Assembly: GCA_963796275.1 (NCBI GenBank)
Contig: CAWCKY010000007.1
Location: forward strand, 224,001-288,000
Origin: an uncultured Acidobacteriota bacterium
GTDB taxonomy: Bacteria > Acidobacteriota > Blastocatellia > RBC074
DNA: 64,000 bases
Reading direction: 5' to 3'
Part shown: in pieces, positions 61,637-64,000 of the stretch
How the letters are laid out: the number at the start of each line of letters is the position of its first letter
How positions within the stretch are numbered: position 1 is the first letter of the stretch
Notes under the pieces: generated by a model
What the model was told of the DNA's origin: nothing
Seen by the model: the letters and a program-made list of their open reading frames with translations, nothing else
The model's database searches: none
Made by a program: the position numbers and the translations under genes

Positions 61637-61763
61637 TTCCAGCGTGCTGGGGTTCCATCAAAGGTCGATAGATTAAGCCCGGCACGCTGGAAGCGTGTGT
61701 ACCCAGGCGCTTTTCATTGTTTCAGTGAGTCGGAAAGCGACATGAAAAACTCCTCTGTCTCTA

Positions 61764-63857
61764 TCACTCTCCTCCGAAGAGCATAACTACAGAACGCGCC
61801 TCGGCCCGGTACGTCTGGTCTGGAACCGGCGGTGCTGTCTGCCACTCGACAATATCAGAGGGCGGATCGAGAGCGGTGTCGATCCAGCGACGCCACGAAT
61901 ATCCCTTTTTCACCGGCGGCAACTCAAAGTCGAGGGGCTCCCAATACGCGTTCAAGATTACGTGCAAGAGCAGCTCATCTTTCGTGACCTCCGCGGTGAA
62001 CGCCACGCTGTGAGAAGAGTCGCTCCAATCAGGTTGATGAAGTTTTACGCCGTGCCAGGTTATATGCGCCGCTTTGAGCAGAAGGCTCAGGCTTTCGCGC
62101 TGGCGCTCTGGTTCCAGGTCCTGCAACAGACGCCGTGCGATAAGCAGTTTGACGAACCGATGCACATCCGCATGCTTCGCGGCCAGCGTCCAGTCGAACC
62201 AACTTGTCTCATTGTCCTGGCAGTAAGCATTGTTGTTGCCGCGCTGGGTGCGCCGCATTTCGTCGCCCATCAATATCATAGGCACACCGAGCGAGAGCAT
62301 CGTGACGGTCAGAAAGTTTTTCACCTGCCGGTTGCGCAGCCTCTCCACGGCCGGATCATCAGTGGGGCCTTCAATGCCGCAATTCCAACTGCGGTTGTCG
62401 CTGGCGCCGTCGCGGTTCTCTCCGCCGTTCGCCTCATTATGTTTCTGGTTGTAGGAGACGAGATCGTTGAGTGTGAATCCGTCATGACACGTAACGAAGT
62501 TAACGCTCGCCTCAGCTTCGCGGTCCTTGTGACCGTAAATCTGCGGGCTGCCAAGTAACCGATCGGCAAGACGTGACACCACCCCCTCTTCGCTACGGAA
62601 GAAGCTGCGCACATCGTCGCGAAACCGCCCGTTCCACTCTTTCCAACTGTCGCCGATGAAGCTGCCGACCTGGTACAGCCCTGCCGCATCCCACGCTTCA
62701 GCGATGAGTTTGGTGCCCGCGAGCACAGGGTCCGACTCGATATCCCACAACACTGGCGGGTTCGTCATCAATTGGCCCGACTCGTCGCGCGCAAGGATCG
62801 AGGCGAGATCGAACCGGAACCCGTCCACATGCATCTCCTCGACCCAATAACGGAGACTGTCCACGATCATGCGGCGGACGATGGGTTGATTGGCGTTCAA
62901 CGTGTTCCCCGTGCCGCTGTAATCGGCATAGCGCGAGCGTTCTTGTTTAAGGATGTAATAAGTGATGTTGTCCAATCCGCGGAAACTCATGGTCGGCCCG
63001 AGCTGGTCGTCTTCGGCTGTGTGATTGAACACCACATCGAGAAGAACCTCGATGCCAGCCCGGTGCAGCGCCTTGACCATGTCGCGAAATTCGTCCAATG
63101 GGCCGAGCATATCCTGGCGCGAACTGTATGCCTGGTTCGGTGCGAAAAACGAGACCGGCGAATAGCCCCAGTAGTTGACCAGCCCCGGAGGGCAATCCTG
63201 AGCATCGAATTGGAAGACCGGCAGCAGTTCGACCGCGGTGACCCCAAGTTGATGGAGATACGGAATCTTCTCGATCAAACCGGCAAACGTGCCGCGCTTC
63301 TTCTCTGCGACCCCTGAACTGGGATGGATGGTGAAGCCGCGCACGTGCATCTCGTACACGATGGTTCGCGATGCGGGCCGTTCGAGCGGTTTGTCGCCTT
63401 CCCAATCGTAGGCGCGCGGATCCACCACTACGCTCTTCATCGCTGTTGCGGTGTTATCGCCCTCCTTTTGAGCGGCCTCGCGACTGTAGTTCTTGGGAAT
63501 ACACACCCGACGGCTGTAGGGGTCGAGCAGGACTTTGGCGGAGTCGAAGCGCATTCCGCTGGCGGGATCGGACGGTCCCTCGACTCGGTAACCGTAGATC
63601 TGACCATGCCGTACGCGTGGCACGAACGCGTGCCAATAGTGATAGGAGAGGTTGGTTGAAGAATCGAAGCGAATAACGCGGGCCGGTCGAGCATCGTCGA
63701 CGCTATCGAAGAGAAGCAGCTCGATCGCCGTTGCGTATTTGGAGAAGACGCTGAAGTTAACCCCTTCGGGCGAGACGGTCGCTCCCAGTGGAGAGCTCTT
63801 TCCTTCCCGGGTTTCGACTTCCGATGCTTGCGCCGATTTTTCTTTGGGTGAAAACAT
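61764..63857 (-). CDS. glgX: Glycogen debranching enzyme (isoamylase, GH13)
   Basis: YEMHVRGFT, NYWGY, DVVFNHTAE, DGFRFDLA, IAEAWD, HDGFTL. Confidence 0.96.
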   Translation of the reverse strand: MFSPKEKSAQASEVETREGKSSPLGATVSPEGVNFSVFSKYATAIELLLFDSVDDARPARVIRFDSSTNLSYHYWHAFVPRVRHGQIYGYRVEGPSDPASGMRFDSAKVLLDPYSRRVCIPKNYSREAAQKEGDNTATAMKSVVVDPRAYDWEGDKPLERPASRTIVYEMHVRGFTIHPSSGVAEKKRGTFAGLIEKIPYLHQLGVTAVELLPVFQFDAQDCPPGLVNYWGYSPVSFFAPNQAYSSRQDMLGPLDEFRDMVKALHRAGIEVLLDVVFNHTAEDDQLGPTMSFRGLDNITYYILKQERSRYADYSGTGNTLNANQPIVRRMIVDSLRYWVEEMHVDGFRFDLASILARDESGQLMTNPPVLWDIESDPVLAGTKLIAEAWDAAGLYQVGSFIGDSWKEWNGRFRDDVRSFFRSEEGVVSRLADRLLGSPQIYGHKDREAEASVNFVTCHDGFTLNDLVSYNQKHNEANGGENRDGASDNRSWNCGIEGPTDDPAVERLRNRQVKNFLTVTMLSLGVPMILMGDEMRRTQRGNNNAYCQDNETSWFDWTLAAKHADVHRFVKLLIARRLLQDLEPERQRESLSLLLKAAHITWHGVKLHQPDWSDSSHSVAFTAEVTKDELLLHVILNAYWEPLDFELPPVKKGYSWRRWIDTALDPPSDIVEWQTAPPVPDQTYRAEARSVVMLFGGE

Positions 63858-63862
63858 AAATC

Positions 63863-64000
63863 CTAAAGCCCCGGGCTGCTGTGCATTAGTCCACCGTCGG
63901 CGAAGACCGTCGTCGCCGTCAGATAGCTCGCGCCGTCCCCGGCCAGGAACGCGACGACATTAGCGATCTCTTCCGGCCTGGCCATGCGGCCCAGCGGGAT
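63863..64000 (-). CDS. C-terminus of an SDR oxidoreductase (glucose 1-dehydrogenase-like), 5'-partial
   Basis: IPLGRMARPEEIANVVAFLAGDGASYLTATTVFADGG. Confidence 0.85.
   Translation of the reverse strand: MPLGRMARPEEIANVVAFLAGDGASYLTATTVFADGGLMHSSPGL

Overview
Bacterial chromosomal window. Gene content (several carboxypeptidase-regulatory-domain TonB-dependent receptors, a CRTAC1/TPR pair, a wHTH-TolB-like sensor) suggests Acidobacteriota, probably Blastocatellia-like; this is inference only. Left to right: an ECF-like sigma factor divergent from a membrane-anchored wHTH/beta-propeller regulator and a small Cys-rich protein; hydrolases (tannase/feruloyl esterase, M1 peptidase, amidohydrolase); TonB-dependent receptors; a decaying formaldehyde/quinoprotein respiration remnant; an AhpD-like gene with an in-frame TGA (CxxU) and SECIS-like hairpin; a four-gene putative copper/oxidase-assembly module; a Y1 (RAYT-like) transposase with REP palindromes; a sulfatase plus FGE; a complete caa3 oxidase + Rieske/cytochrome bc operon with a CtaG-polyferredoxin fusion; NDH-2; and glgX. 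Intergenic DNA holds nested MITE/REP/heptamer repeats and two REP-anchored duplications of gene ends, one differing from its parent gene only at synonymous sites. No CRISPR array, rRNA or tRNA was recognised. All calls come from visual motif recognition; no database searches were run.
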